Of a DNA stretch of 64,000 nucleotides, positions 46,666 through 60,500 are shown piece by piece. The notes under the pieces are model-generated. The model made no database searches. It worked only from the letters and a program-made list of their open reading frames with translations, and was not told the origin of the DNA. The DNA is from the human T2T-CHM13v2.0 reference genome, Homo sapiens. The translations under genes and the position numbers were made by a program. The stretch lies in the NCBI RefSeq assembly GCF_009914755.1, contig NC_060928.1; one strand, 5' to 3'. Each line of letters opens with the position of its first letter. The stretch's first letter is position 1.

Positions 46666-48239
46666 TGTTCTATAAACCTGTTTCTGGGGAACACACTTAA
46701 GTTGCCCAAGAAGAAACATTGAAAATGGATCTTAATAGTTACTGGTGAATCTTTTCATTAAAGAAGACCTGCCACAAACTGTACTTGAAACTATAATGTG
46801 AGCAGTGAGTCCCAGTAGCTGAAAGTTTAAAATATACTACAAACAGGGCTTGAAAAATTCTGGGTCTATTCATATTTTTGGCTCCGGTTTTCTCTTCTGC
46901 TAAGCAGAAAGGTGGGAGGGAAGCAGTAGGTACTCAGAGTAGTAAAGAATATCTTGAAAAGTATCAAGAGTCTTGGGAGCCTGGAAAAACTGTTGTGAAA
47001 ATGAGGACCGCAGACTCACAGTGTCAATGAAGGCTCCATCTTTTACCACTAGTTGCACGCAACAGGATGAAAATAAAGCTGACTTACGCATCCTGGAGGT
47101 AAATTAATCAGTTCTCCAGGCTCTTTAGTTTCTTGAATTCATAAATGTTCTTTTATGCTTTTTTTGTGGAACTAGCTTAGTAAGTTGGGCAAGTAGAAAG
47201 GGGCCTCTGAAAGAAAGCAAACACTCTTTTACTCTGTGGTCAAGCCCTTTTGCTTTGTTTTGCACAAACTCTCTCTCTCTCTCTCATTCTGGACAAGGAT
47301 TTCTTGTGAGCCAGGATAGCTTTGGCTCCAGGCATCCTATGTCACAGAGGTCTGGGGAAGCTTTGGGCAAAGAAACTGTGAATGGAGTCAAAGCATGTGA
47401 ACCATTTTAGCTAGCAGAGTTACAGCATGGTTATCTGAAGAAGTGTCCTCCTAACTGAAATCAGTATCACAATGATGCACTTTAGCCATATTAAATCAAA
47501 ACTCTCTAAAGGTCCTAGGAAGTTTTCTTAGAGCCTCACACTCTGTTGCAAGTAATAAATGTTGCAAGTTGTCAATAAAACATTTCTAGTTACAATTAAC
47601 ATCTATGATGCTTATGTAAAGAGAGAATTCAAATATTCTCTACTTCATGTCCCCCTTGTAACTCTCTAGAGAGGAGTTAAGGCAAGAAATTTCACTTTTC
47701 AAAAGGAGAAATGTGCAAATGCTAGAATATTATGGGAGTAATTTCTTCCCCTAAAGCTGGTGTTTCCTAAGTGGATTACATGGATGTAGTCTCTCTTTTG
47801 TGTGTCTGGATTTAAGAGTCTGAGCTCAAGCAATCCTAGCTAGCTCTAACTTCAACAATTTTCTACATGAAAGCAAATCTATTGCTACTACGCTAGTCTG
47901 GGAAACGAGGGTGGGTGGCCTGGCTTGATGCCAATAGAGATATTGGGTAATATGCTTCTTCCCCATTGCCTGCACCTACACTGTTCCTGGCTCTATGGGA
48001 TATGAGTTTTTTTCCCACCCCCACCTCGCCCCACTGGAGTTTTAAGATTTAAGATTTGAACCTGGGCTTGGTGGGAAGGAGGACTCCTAAACCTTTAACC
48101 TAGGCAAAAAAGAAAGAAAGAAAGAAATATGCTGCATCTCTTTGACCTATTTATATATAAGTATATCCTCTCCAGGGAGAAGGTGAGAGTAGGCCAGGCT
48201 GTATTCCACTGTGACCCAGAGGAGAGAGAATCAGACGAA

Positions 48240-48400
48240 CATGGCTCTGCCACTGTAATGAATGATTTAAACAAGTTATTTCATCTGAGCTTTAGTTTCC
48301 TAATATGCAAACTAGCGGGAAACATAATTTTGTTGTGAGAATTTATTGGGATGAAAAAGGTGTCTAGTACAGTGCCAGACAGAGAACATATATATGTGAC
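48240..48400 (+). mobile_element. MIR
   Basis: ggctctgccactg..aacaagttatttcatctgagctttagtttcctaatatgcaaa. Confidence 0.55.
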
Positions 48401-48845
48401 ATCAACTGCAGCTGTGATTATGGAAAGAGAGAATGAAATGAGCATATCTTAGAAGAAAAAAAAGTTTTGGCTACAATTAGATTCATTATATAGAAGTGTA
48501 CTTTCTGCATATTTGTAAGTTTTTAGCATCCAATTGGCAAAGACCAGGAGAAAGTACTCAGGAGTGTAGGAGCTCAGAGGGATGAGGAGAAAGGCAGAGA
48601 TGGCGACTGTGATGGGGATGTTCTCCTAAGGCAGAAGTCGGCAGCAATAGCTAAGTTGGACTAGCGTGATTGCTCTATGGAGTTACTGAGGTTGAAGTAA
48701 AGAAATAGGGCTACATATCAAGTTCAAATGGTAAGTCAGAGTGAAAATAAGAGAATTAATAGCTTATGATGGTTATCATTTCATGTCATGTTTACCACCT
48801 GCTGAGGGTAGATTTTTTAAGTGGTTTAAAATGTACAAGACTTGA

Positions 48846-49120
<275 letters not shown>

Positions 49121-49229
49121 AAACTTGTAAGTCTCTTTAGTAGATAGTCCCCATAGAATGTGATGCTGGGCTGCTGGCCCTGCAGATGAGGTCTCCCTCT
49201 TGCCATGAACAGTGTGAGAGTCTTCCCAG

Positions 49230-49680
49230 AAGTCATTCATACTCCTCCCCACCTTGTGTAGTACCCATGTAGTTTGGATGGAGTTAGCCCCATCTCCAGG
49301 CTGGCTTGATTTAAATCAAGCAGGCTATCCAACTCTTCTTGCCATACTTCTGGTAATTTATGTTTAAGCCAGTCACTGCAAGGTATGCCCCTAGCCATGG
49401 GGATTAATTTGGGGTGGTCCAATCACTGAGTATCTGAAGAATTGTGTTCAATGGTTGTGAAAATCAAGCTCTCTGTCTGACTGGTAGATGGGGAGATGTA
49501 GTAGCTTTCCTACAGCCATGGCAAGCCAGCTATGGGATGGAGCTGTCTGTGAGGGGCACTGTGTTCTTTATATCAGTGCTTAAACCTACTCTGAAGGGCA
49601 CCATTCCTCTGAATTTTCTAATAAGGTGGGCTTTATTGTTGAATATAGTTTGACACTTATTCATAATTGCAGTTGTGAAC
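49230..49680 (+). mobile_element. Old MaLR LTR (MLT1-like)
   Basis: cccatgtagtttggatggagttagcccca..ccattcctctgaattttc. Confidence 0.45.
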
Positions 49681-51250
49681 ACCTTAAAGGATATAATGGT
49701 ATGTGTCTCTGTGCACACTAGATTTCGGGAACTCCTCACTATGTACAAGAGTGCTAGTTTGAACTAATGTACCATCAATAAGGCTGCCATAAAGACAAAG
49801 GAAGATGCACAAAAATTTATGCTGCACGGGGTTGAAGGGGTAACAGTGAAACAGAAAACCTGACCTTTGCAAAGATGCCAGACAGTTCAAAGACTTAGAA
49901 AGGAAACTGCTTTTGGAAATACACTAAAGCAAAGGAGCAACTGAAATATAACTATTTGGGAGAATAGAATGACTTATTTTAAGGCTTGGTTTTGCAGTTT
50001 TAAGTTGTAAACCTTCCTGTCTACCAAAGATTTCAGTACAATGCTTTCAATAAAAAGCCTTGTGAAAAGAGAGTTTTTGTGGCAAAAAAGCAGCAGTTCT
50101 GGGTTTTACATCTGGGTTGACATGGTACAGAATAAGATTAAAATGATTCATGAGTTGAAACCTGAGCTCAGAAACAGAGGTTAATCTGAATCCATAAGAT
50201 TCCATTTTTCTGAATGCCTGGAGTCACTAGAGGAATTACAAGCTCCAGTCTCCCATGGAGATGTGAATTGTGGGATGTGATTCAAGCTGATTTTATTTGA
50301 CTGGCCTAAGACAGGATTTTGGGGATGAAAACATTTTTGAGTCATATACAAAAGGAAAAAGTTACAGTATACATTTTTTTCCATTTATGTGGATGCCAAA
50401 TAAAATTAAATCCAGCCCAAGGAAGATTAGCAGTACTTCTATTTCCAATTCCAAATTAGATTTGACAAAAAGCTAGTTATTATAATTAAAATTAACAATT
50501 TTGATTTGAATATTTTTTCAGTCATGTTGTTTTAAACCATCTCAGCAGTCGCTTTAGGCATGGGTGCCAGCAGTTGCCTGGACACACATTTGTCTGTGTT
50601 CTTATATTGATTGTAAGCCCATCCTCTGTGTTTCATACTAGAAAAGTGGCCATCCCCTTGTGAACCTAACACTCTGAGGCTGGGTTTACTCTGTACCAGA
50701 GGTACCTCTGAATTTTTTCTATACGTATAAAAAGATTAGGTTTTAGCTAGAACAAAGAAGTCAGAAAAGGAAACTGTCAAAGTTGCAAAGTATAGCTTTT
50801 CAAATTTATTTTCAGATTTTATGCATAAAAGAGAAGCCCATTATATTTTTTCTACATTATTGGCATCACATAATATATTTTCCATAAAACAGTTAATGTA
50901 GAAATGGAAAGTGGAATGAAAGTTATTTATTAACCAAATTCAAATTTGGACCTTATAGCAGGAAATAAGGAAAAAAAGGAAGAATAAACTCCAGTCACAC
51001 TTAGCCAAGATCTCTTTGGCTCAATCAAGATTGTGCTGAGGATGCTTCAAGGGTAGCATGAGTCATAAACTGAGGCTAAAGGGGTTATCATCTTGTCACC
51101 CAAGCCAGCCTGAAGCCACTCTGCCTCTCACTCTCCCAGAACCTTCTGTGCTTTTGACTCACAAGTTACTTCTTCACGAACAGAGGAGAAGGGAGGGAGG
51201 TGGGTGAGTGGAACCCACACAGAGATTGATTAAACACATGGTAACACATC

Positions 51251-52095
51251 TGTAAGCCAAAAGTAAAATTCTAAGCCCCCAACTGACTGAATGAATCCTC
51301 TTCTCAGCCAAAAGTATTCCAAAGGAAACTGAAAAAGTAGTTCAGGCCATGGTGGGAGGTGGGGGTCAGACATGCCTCAATATACTCTCCTTGCTTTGAA
51401 GTTTAGGCACAGCTGACCAGCATTAACATTAAAACAGAGATATTATGACTGACAGAACAGACCCTATGCAGCAATAAGATACCAAATTCTAACCTGACTC
51501 TAGTAGAGCATCACATGACAGATAGCAGGCCCTAAAGGAAATCAAAGTATTTTACCCCAATATATATTTCTTTGACATAGTTTGCGATGGCCTTACGGCT
51601 GTCTCTTTGCATTCTGTAGAGAATCTCCTTCCTTTTCTGGGGAGCCTGGCAACTTTTAAAGTTCTGATTAGGCAACGTTTGCCATATATTGTCCCTACGG
51701 GCAGTCACCTATGAGATTTCATCTACAAAATAAGAATCTTAGTCTCTATAACCCCCTGTCTTAACCCAGACACTCCTTTCTATTGATTCCAGGTCTTTAG
51801 ATAATAACATAACTTCTTCAACCAATTGCCAATGAGAAGATCTTTGAATCCACCTATGACCTGTAAGTGCCCCTGCTTGAGTTGTCCCACCTTCTGGGCC
51901 AAACCAATGTACACGTTACATGTATTGATTGATGTCTTATGTCTTCCTAAAATGTATAAATCAAAGCTGTAACCCAACCACCTCGGGCACATGTTCTCAG
52001 GACCTCCTGAGGCTGTGTCATGGTCATAGCCCTCATATTTGGCTCAGAATAAATTTCTTTAAATATTTCATGGAGTTTGGCATTTTTCATCACCA
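51251..52095 (+). mobile_element. ERV1 solo LTR, MER4 (D/E-like)
   Basis: tgtaagccaaaagtaaaattctaagcccc..catatttggctcagaataaatttctttaaatatttc; 4-bp TSD CATC. Confidence 0.88.
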
Positions 52096-52440
52096 CATCT
52101 ATATAGTAGATTCCAGTGAGTAACTTAAAAATCATATTGTCAAAGGTTGATGCAGGGAAAGCACAATAAATGAAAAAGATTACAAATAATTTTATCGTAC
52201 ATTTGTGTCCATAACACAGATATTGTCATTAAGAAAAAAAAAACATAGAAAGAAAACATACCAAAAGATAGCAGTGATTTTCTTTGAAATGTTGAGATTG
52301 TTACTGATTTTAAAAATAAAATCCTTTCTTCTTGGTTTTATATTTTTAAAGATTTCTTCATGGAAATGGATATTTGTTGTGTATTTAGAAAGATATATAA
52401 ACGTCATTTGGTTAGGATAAAATAATACTGAAAATGACTG

Positions 52441-52873
52441 TATTAAAATAAAAACTTTAGCCCAATTAAATTTAAAGGCATTTAATTGAGTAATGAACAA
52501 TTTGTGAATTGGGCAGCCCCCCAGAATCACAGCAGATTCAGAGATATTTCAGGGCTGCCTTGTGGTCAGAACAAATTTATAGACAAAAGAAAGGAAGCGA
52601 CGTACAGAAATCAAAAGTGAGGTACAGACACAGCTGGATTCGTTACAGGTTGGCGTTTGCCTTACTTGAACATAGATTGAACACTCAGCAGTGTATGAGG
52701 GGCTGAAGTATGGCTTCTGGGATTGGCCAAGACTCAGCTATTGTTACAGGCACATGCTCCTAACTTATGTTTTCTATCTTGTCTACCTATTAAGTTAGGT
52801 TGCAGTTCCTCCACAAACACTCAAATATAGAAATATGGGGCCCTTCTCAGGCCATATTTAGTTTGCTTTAAGA
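52441..52873 (-). mobile_element. ERV1 solo LTR, MER57A-like
   Basis: gggcagcccccagaatcacagcagattcagaga..cttctcaggccatatttagttt; 4-bp TSD ACTG. Confidence 0.85.
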
Positions 52874-54591
52874 ACTGTATGAAAATGAAAGGCCAATGAA
52901 CCCTCGTATCATCTAGATCAGAAAAGGAAGTAAATTAAAGAATGGTGAGGCTTAAGGTTGAAGCCACTGGACTAAAAGGAGGCTGCAGGAACAGAGGCCT
53001 CAGAGCCTCAGTCCTTTAACAGACCCAAGGATGCTCAGACAAAGCCTGCTTTCTTTTGCCTACTGCGGTTTTGTTTTGCCCAAACTTGTCATTCCAGTTG
53101 ACTAGATGGGAGAGTGGGGTGGGGCTAAACATAGCTTAAGGCTGTGATTATTATTATTAGAGTTGCACTCGCAGGTCAAAGCTCAGTGGGATCCCCAAAA
53201 CTTTGAGCACCATGCAGGATCTTTCTAACTCCCTTCAAGGCTGGCATTTACTCATAGGGGAACTTAAGCGCAACCTGGATGGTCCTGGGCACCCTAGGAT
53301 GTATAGTTATCCTCTCTACTGAGGGTCATAGCTTTGGTATATTTAGAACATATGGAATGCTGCAACCACTACACTTTACGCAAAAGCATCACAGCAGTAA
53401 TGTCAGCACTCCCATTTGCACCTTATAAATATTCTCTTCTTGTTAACATTTTTCTGGGATTTAATAAATGCAGATATGGGATTCAGTGTTTAGTTTTCTT
53501 TAAAATAAATCCAGTCATAATCATGTATTGTTTTTCAGTAAGCTCTAAAAATACATTAGAAAAAGAAGGTTTAATCAGAAGGAGCAACAGGTTTCCTACT
53601 AAATGCTTTCTTTGTGGCAAAGCTGAATAGCTGAAGATTGTCTGATCACTGCTAATCATGTAGAGATATGCCTAGTTACTTTCAGGAACATTAACTTAAA
53701 TGAGACTGTGTGAATACTCGTGGTTGGTGTGGCAATGAGTTATTGTTCTGGGAATAGTAATTGGCACAATTGACAACTATTTAATGCTACATTTATTACT
53801 TATCTACCATATGCCAGGCAGGAGAAGATAACCTAATGAAGACAGGAATCCTTGTCTGAAAGACATTTTTTGTAGATATTCCTAAATGCATTTTTGCTTA
53901 ATCGAAATCAACAGTACATATTCTTGTGTTCTACTACTTTTTCATGATTTATTTTATATTTTATTTTATTTGTGGATGGAGTTCAATAATTATTTTAGAA
54001 ACAGTGCATTGCATTTCAATGCTATTTTGCCCCTATGTTTTCACCCTATAATCTATTGTAGGCCATGCCTAATGACTATTACACGGGTACAACACTGGCC
54101 CCCTTGCATTAAGGAGGTATCAACCCCAGGGTCTCCAGGGGACACCAAATCCTCACTTAGCTTTCCTCACTTGCCTGAGTTTTCTTTCGTCACTTCCTAA
54201 CAGGTTCCTTCTGAGAGCACTTCCTCAATAAATCTCTTTCACAAAAATTTCCATGTCAGGCTCCAGCAGGGTGCAGTACTAAGTACAAATAATAAATTAA
54301 AAAAATTAAAAACACATACACACATTTATATTTCCAAGTAGAGATTTTTGTATGGAGATGTCAGACATACCAAGACAGCAATGTTTTGTTGATCTTTCTT
54401 TTGTCTTAACTGAAGTATATTTGCAGCTGAAGATTAAGCCCGGTTATTATTTGTAGTAGAGGCACTCAACTCCTGAATAATGGTTTATCTATTGTCTGTG
54501 ATTCTAGATATCCTAATCTATCCCACAGATACAGATTTCAATTAGGTCAGGGAATTACTAAGAAATGAGTTTTTTATTTAAGAAAGGACTT

Positions 54592-54967
<376 letters not shown>

Positions 54968-55234
54968 CTAACTTACTTGAATAGTTTTTATTGACTGTCT
55001 TCTCTTTCAAATATCCTCTGGCTAGGGATCCAGGAGACTGATTGAGTGGCTTTCATCTGAGACACTTGGAATGCACACTGTAACATCAGAGTCCCATAGT
55101 AGATTATTAGGGTTACACTTTGCTGATTTTCTTTACTGTCTCCTATGCCAGGAATAACTCTTCTCTTCATTGTAAGATATTTAATATCCTTTCCTACTTC
55201 CTTTATTGCATGGGTAGAGAGGCAGAAGAATAAA

Positions 55235-55470
55235 GCTATTAAGAAAGCCAGCTCTGGAGTCTGACTGCCTGGGTTGAATGCTGCTTCCCATACTACTAGC
55301 TCAGGGCCTTAGTGCAGTTATTGAATTGCTCTACACTTTGGTTTCCTTATCTGTAAAAACACTTGCTTCGTAGTGCCATTGAGAAGAAGAAATGCATTGA
55401 TACATGTACAGTGTTTAGCATAGTGCCTGGTACAGTGTAATTGCCCATAAGTGTTAGTTAATAGTTATTA
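55235..55470 (+). mobile_element. MIR
   Basis: ctctggagtctgactgcctgggttgaat..gtttccttatctgtaaaa..gcatagtgcctggtacag. Confidence 0.75.
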
Positions 55471-57376
55471 ACTACCCCTGTCTTTGGAGGGGAGCTTACT
55501 TCCTCAGTTTTCTTCTCTGCCTTCTGTGTGTCATTCTGTCATCCCACCTTCATCTAAGAATGAGGTCTTTGAAACTCACTGGCATTGACCTCATGGTTCA
55601 GCACCTGCTTGGGGCTCGCAGTTGTCCTTGTTATGACTGACATGTTCTAAGAGGTATGCTCTTTATCAACTCCATCCCTCCCTGGCCCCCAAAGTCCTTG
55701 ACCCTTTGGCTGTAGCAGACACCCCTTTACTCTGGACAAATCATCTTTCTTTGCTCAGCACAAAAATGTTGAAAAGAGCTTATCCTGACTAGTGATGTTT
55801 TCTAAATGCTTAAGGTAGCAAATTATTTTCAGTTGTCTGCTTTCCTTCATCTTTAATTTCAGTCTAATGGAGGAAGTTGTTTTAAGAAATAAAAAATATC
55901 ACATAATGGCAAAGAACCATTACACTTAAGAAGATAGCATTTCAATTAACATATTCTATGTGATAAAGAATACTTCACAGCTCATACACAAAACAAGTTA
56001 TTTTGCCTTCCTTCCTTGTTTTTAATAACAAACATTTATTTTTCCTCATCATAGAAGCTATACATGGCCATTGATGACAAGTTAGAAAACAGAACAGAGA
56101 AAAAAGTACAAAGATACTTTACTTTTAATACTTTGGTAACCTCTTCCTGTGATTTTTTTTTAAATAAAAAAACCCTGAATTAAAAAAATGCTATCACTAC
56201 AATTTGTTTTGAATATCTATTTTGATATATTTTAATTCCAGCTGTTTTTATTGTTTTAAAATGTATCTCCTCCACAGTGTGTAAAAATTTAAATATTAAG
56301 ATTTTACATTTTTTCATAGATCGAAGTGATTACTAAAAACAAACCAAAATGCTTTTAAGGATTTTTAAAAACCACTGTTCTGCAAGGAAGGATAAAAAGG
56401 AAGAGACAATGAACAATCTTTCTTGGAATCCTTCCAGTAAGATGTAGAATTATAATATTTTGGAGTAGAATGAGGCTATCAAATTCACTTATCTTCTTTA
56501 CAAAGAGGGAACAGAGGCCCAAGGAGTTTATGAGCCTTGTCCAAGACCACACCCTGTCTTAGTTCACAGCTTTACTGAATTTTCCTCTCAGTGACCCCCA
56601 TATTGGCCCCTCCATTTTTTTCTGGCAGAGGTACATACATTGTGATCTTTCGGACAGTGCATGTATGTAAAAGATTTTCCTGGAAATGTGTAGTCAGTTT
56701 CTACCTTTTGTGTTTGTAATATGTGTATTTCTAGATCAACTCTGTGAATATCCATTCTAACTCCATAATTTTGTTTTCTGAGAATTTGGCATTGTTGAGT
56801 ATGATCCAAAGTTGATAGGTGCATTTAGAAACATAATTTTGAGACCCATCATGGGGACATTTATATTCCAGAAGTTTTCTTTGTGAAATGCTTTCCTGGC
56901 ATTTCTGGCCTCCAGCTAGGATTAAATGACTTATTATGCCTCAGATTCAACAAATTCTCAGTTGAAGAGTCAGCATCTAATTTAATTAATGGAACAGTAT
57001 AGATTGATGAGAAATATATTAGCCACTCAAAAAATGTTGACATAATTTTTGAACAAAATTTAAGAAGCCTCAAAATACTTCATAATTTCCCAAAGAAAAA
57101 TAACAAATAAGCTTGGATTCAGCTCTGTGATGCAAATCTCAAGAGTTCTGATTATTAATAAGATTTTTTTATGTGAAAACATTGACCCAGTTCCTGCATT
57201 TCAACTCTTATTTTACTATTGCCATTTTCTTTCTTAGCTGCTTTCTATTCTCTTGTTCTTTCATCTCTAAATCCAAGCTTGAAAGGGAAGATGAGTTACC
57301 CACAGTCTGCAAGAGCCAATAATAATTTCCTTCTAGTGTAATTTTGCTGTTTCTGTGCAACTGTATAGAATGCATG

Positions 57377-57548
57377 TGATAGTGGCAGGAGACAGTCAAA
57401 TGCCTATGCAGATGGGGTGAGTCCTTGGTGAAACCCCACCTTCAAGCCCAAAACAGGCTGAAGGCTGAAAGACCAGATGGCTAGTTTTGGATGAAAAACT
57501 AACCTGGAGTGAGAACTTCTGTTCCTGTTTGCCTGCCTTTTCCATTGA
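57377..57548 (+). mobile_element. 5' (U3) fragment of an LTR27/MER52-like ERV1 LTR
   Basis: tgatagtggcaggagacagtcaaatgccta..ggtgaaacccc..ggagtgagaacttctgttcctgtttg; inverted homolog of 62710-62909. Confidence 0.8.
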
Positions 57549-57549
57549 T

Positions 57550-60500
57550 GATGGTGCCTATGGTCATGAGGGTGTACTCCTCTACAGTGAACTCTGTGCT
57601 GTTCTGGGCCTTGCCATACCTGTCCACCACTGCATTACCACCTTCCCAGTCAAAGCCTTGGTAAAACAACCAGATTCTCCAATTGCATCCTGTTGCAAAA
57701 AAAAAAAAAAAAAAAAAAAGGGGGAGGGATGTGGATTCTTATTGTATGTAGGCAAATAATTTTATTGTGATAAGTTAAGAATACTCACAAATAGCTTCCA
57801 AATTTTGTTCACAGAAATATACCTTAGCCAATTGTTAAAAGCTATAAATACCTCAAAATAAAAGTTTTCCTGACTTTGAAAAATAAAGAAGCAGCAATAT
57901 TTTAAGGAAAAAAATTAAAAAGGATTACTTCAGTTTTCTATTAGTTCAGTCTATTTTGTTAACTCTTGTTCTGCTTGATATTCATGGACATCTCAGCTCT
58001 TCATAATTCCTGTATGTTTTTCATCTATTCTAACATCACAATCTCCAAAGTTATCAGAAACCTGCATTTAAGAGCACATGTCAAATTCCTATAGCTGATT
58101 ATAAACCATCTTTTGAAGAGGATCAAAACAAGACAATAATTCCCTATGAATGACAAAATGTTCAGGGTAGTTACAGCCAAAAACATGATTGACAAAGAAA
58201 TTTGGTTATATCCTGTGATTTACCATAACTTAACATAATAACCTTAATTATGATTGATAGCATATACTCAGACATTAGAATTTTAGAAATCCCATATAAT
58301 TTTGGAATATATATTAGTTTTATTCACTAAAACATAACCTGAGGGAGATTAAACCTTATTTTTATTTTGGCAATCCCATGTAACTGAACATGTCAAATAA
58401 TCTTGTTCACATCTATTTCGTGTGCTCCAGGGGCCTTCTGTTGCATTCAACAATTAGGGGTCAGAAAAGACAATTTTTGAAGCTGAAATTTGATTTTGGA
58501 AAGCCTATTAAATATGTTACAGGTTTAAAACACTTGATATTATGCAGTAGAATCCCAGATTACCATAAGTCATTTATTTAGACAAAATGATGACTCAGAA
58601 AATGTTTTAAAAAGGCAAAAACCTTTACTCATTAAGAGGGAATACTTAGCTTTCCAAACAATCTGTCTCCTGTCTTCTCCTTTTTTTAGTAGTTTATTCA
58701 CATGGCACACAAAAATCTTTCATTATTCTCTACTATTACATAAAAATCTTGTTTGAGAGAGAGAGCCAAATTTGACCCTTGCATTAGCACACCATTGATA
58801 TCAACCCCAATTTTTTAATGAAAGCTTATAGATAATTCTATCCAATCTTAACCAGTTTGACCATGAAGTGAAATTCTTAGAAACTTTTTATAACCCTTTA
58901 CAAATTTTTGTTAAAGAGCAGATCAGTGCCTTAAGAAAACCCTGTTGTGCTTTTATTCCAATGCTCAATTTATATAAAAACCTAATAATACCCTTTTGAA
59001 TTTAGTTGATATGTTCACACACAGAATTTCTTTAACAAGATTAATTTTTGCTTCCACAACTTGTTCAAACCTTTAGCTTTATCTTATTTAACTTAAAACA
59101 ATTCTTTAAACCCTCTAATCCAGGCAAAAATTTACCAAACTTTAAAGTAGGCAAGTTGAACAATTTTAAAAAGCCAAAGAAGCAATTTATGACCTTAAAG
59201 CATTTAGGAAACCTAGAATCTGACCATGATTTAGACCACATGTTTACATTTTGAAGACATATCTATTTAACTAATAATATTTAAAACTATTTTTTATTTT
59301 CTCAAAGATTAAAATAATGTGAACTTTAATCATGTGAAGATTAAAATGCATTACATCTTTTTTTTTCCTTTAAAAATATTTGATTTAGGCACTTTTCTTT
59401 AAGTCAGCTAATTAGAACTCTTTTTAATATAAAATCACACATATAACACATATGTTACTACACAGACAGAAGAAGATTCAGTAGTTGTAAGATTTTTCAT
59501 CTGCCAATTTATTAATTGGACCACTGGCCTTCAAGAAACAGGGCTAGGAAAACATGCAGTTTCTAGGGCCTAATAATCAGGCATAGCTGGAAGAAAAAAC
59601 AGGTTTTGAGAGGGATTGATCTACTTTTTAATTCCTGGGATTCCATGAAGAAAACAGAGGTTTTTCCCAAAATGGGGTCCATGTTACCATCTCTGTTTTT
59701 CCCAAGCAGTCCCAGGCTATGCGAAGTTATCTTAGGGCCTCTCATGTGTGCATTAAGAGTGGAGAAAAATAATTCAGTTGACTGAGAAGAAAAAACCTTT
59801 CTCCAGCAAAACAAGATCCAAGAAGAGAAAAAATATATAAAGGCCTTTTAAATATGCCTATAGCTTGAATATCCATTTTTAATTAAGCTGACCTTTAACC
59901 ATGGCACTGTTTTAAAAAATCCTTTTAAATCCCTTATTACCCAACTTTAGCCACACCAAGTGGCCAATATTTCTGGCTTTTGAACTTTACCGAAAGTAAC
60001 CTCACAGGTGAAACTAACAAGCCTCAACTAAGGTTATAACTTAACTGCCAGTGTACGAGGTATTTTCAAAGAGGTGGTAAGCAGTTTTTAAAAAATCTAG
60101 AATCTTTAAAGGAGGCTCAGAGAAAGGAAGACTTAGGAAAGGAAGCTAGGAGTTGTTCACGGCGGGGAAGAGAATCAGCAAATGGTAAAAATCACACAGC
60201 TATTAACCAGAAAGTGGTACTCATTCCCTAAACCAGGATTGAACCTAGGCCACCACCGTAAAATGGCAGAGACCCAAAGAAATTACTGCCACATGGTTAT
60301 AGGGTCAAGCCCTAAAGCTGTAAAACAAGATGGAGAGCTCATCCAGTTTTTGTCTGTTTGTTTGTTTCAGAGACCTGCAGCAACATTTGTTACTGACAAG
60401 TTTGTGGGCTAGCTTGGACAGTGGGCTTATGAGATCCTAGGCCCACATTCTAACCTAAGGTACTCCTCTTACTGAAAGAAAGATACAGAAAGACAAATTC

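Noticed and set aside
57549-57720. Possible processed pseudogene ending in poly(A) at 57697-57719
   Set aside because: No poly(A) signal or TSD; ERV internal sequence appears to continue across it, so it is more likely an expanded A-run
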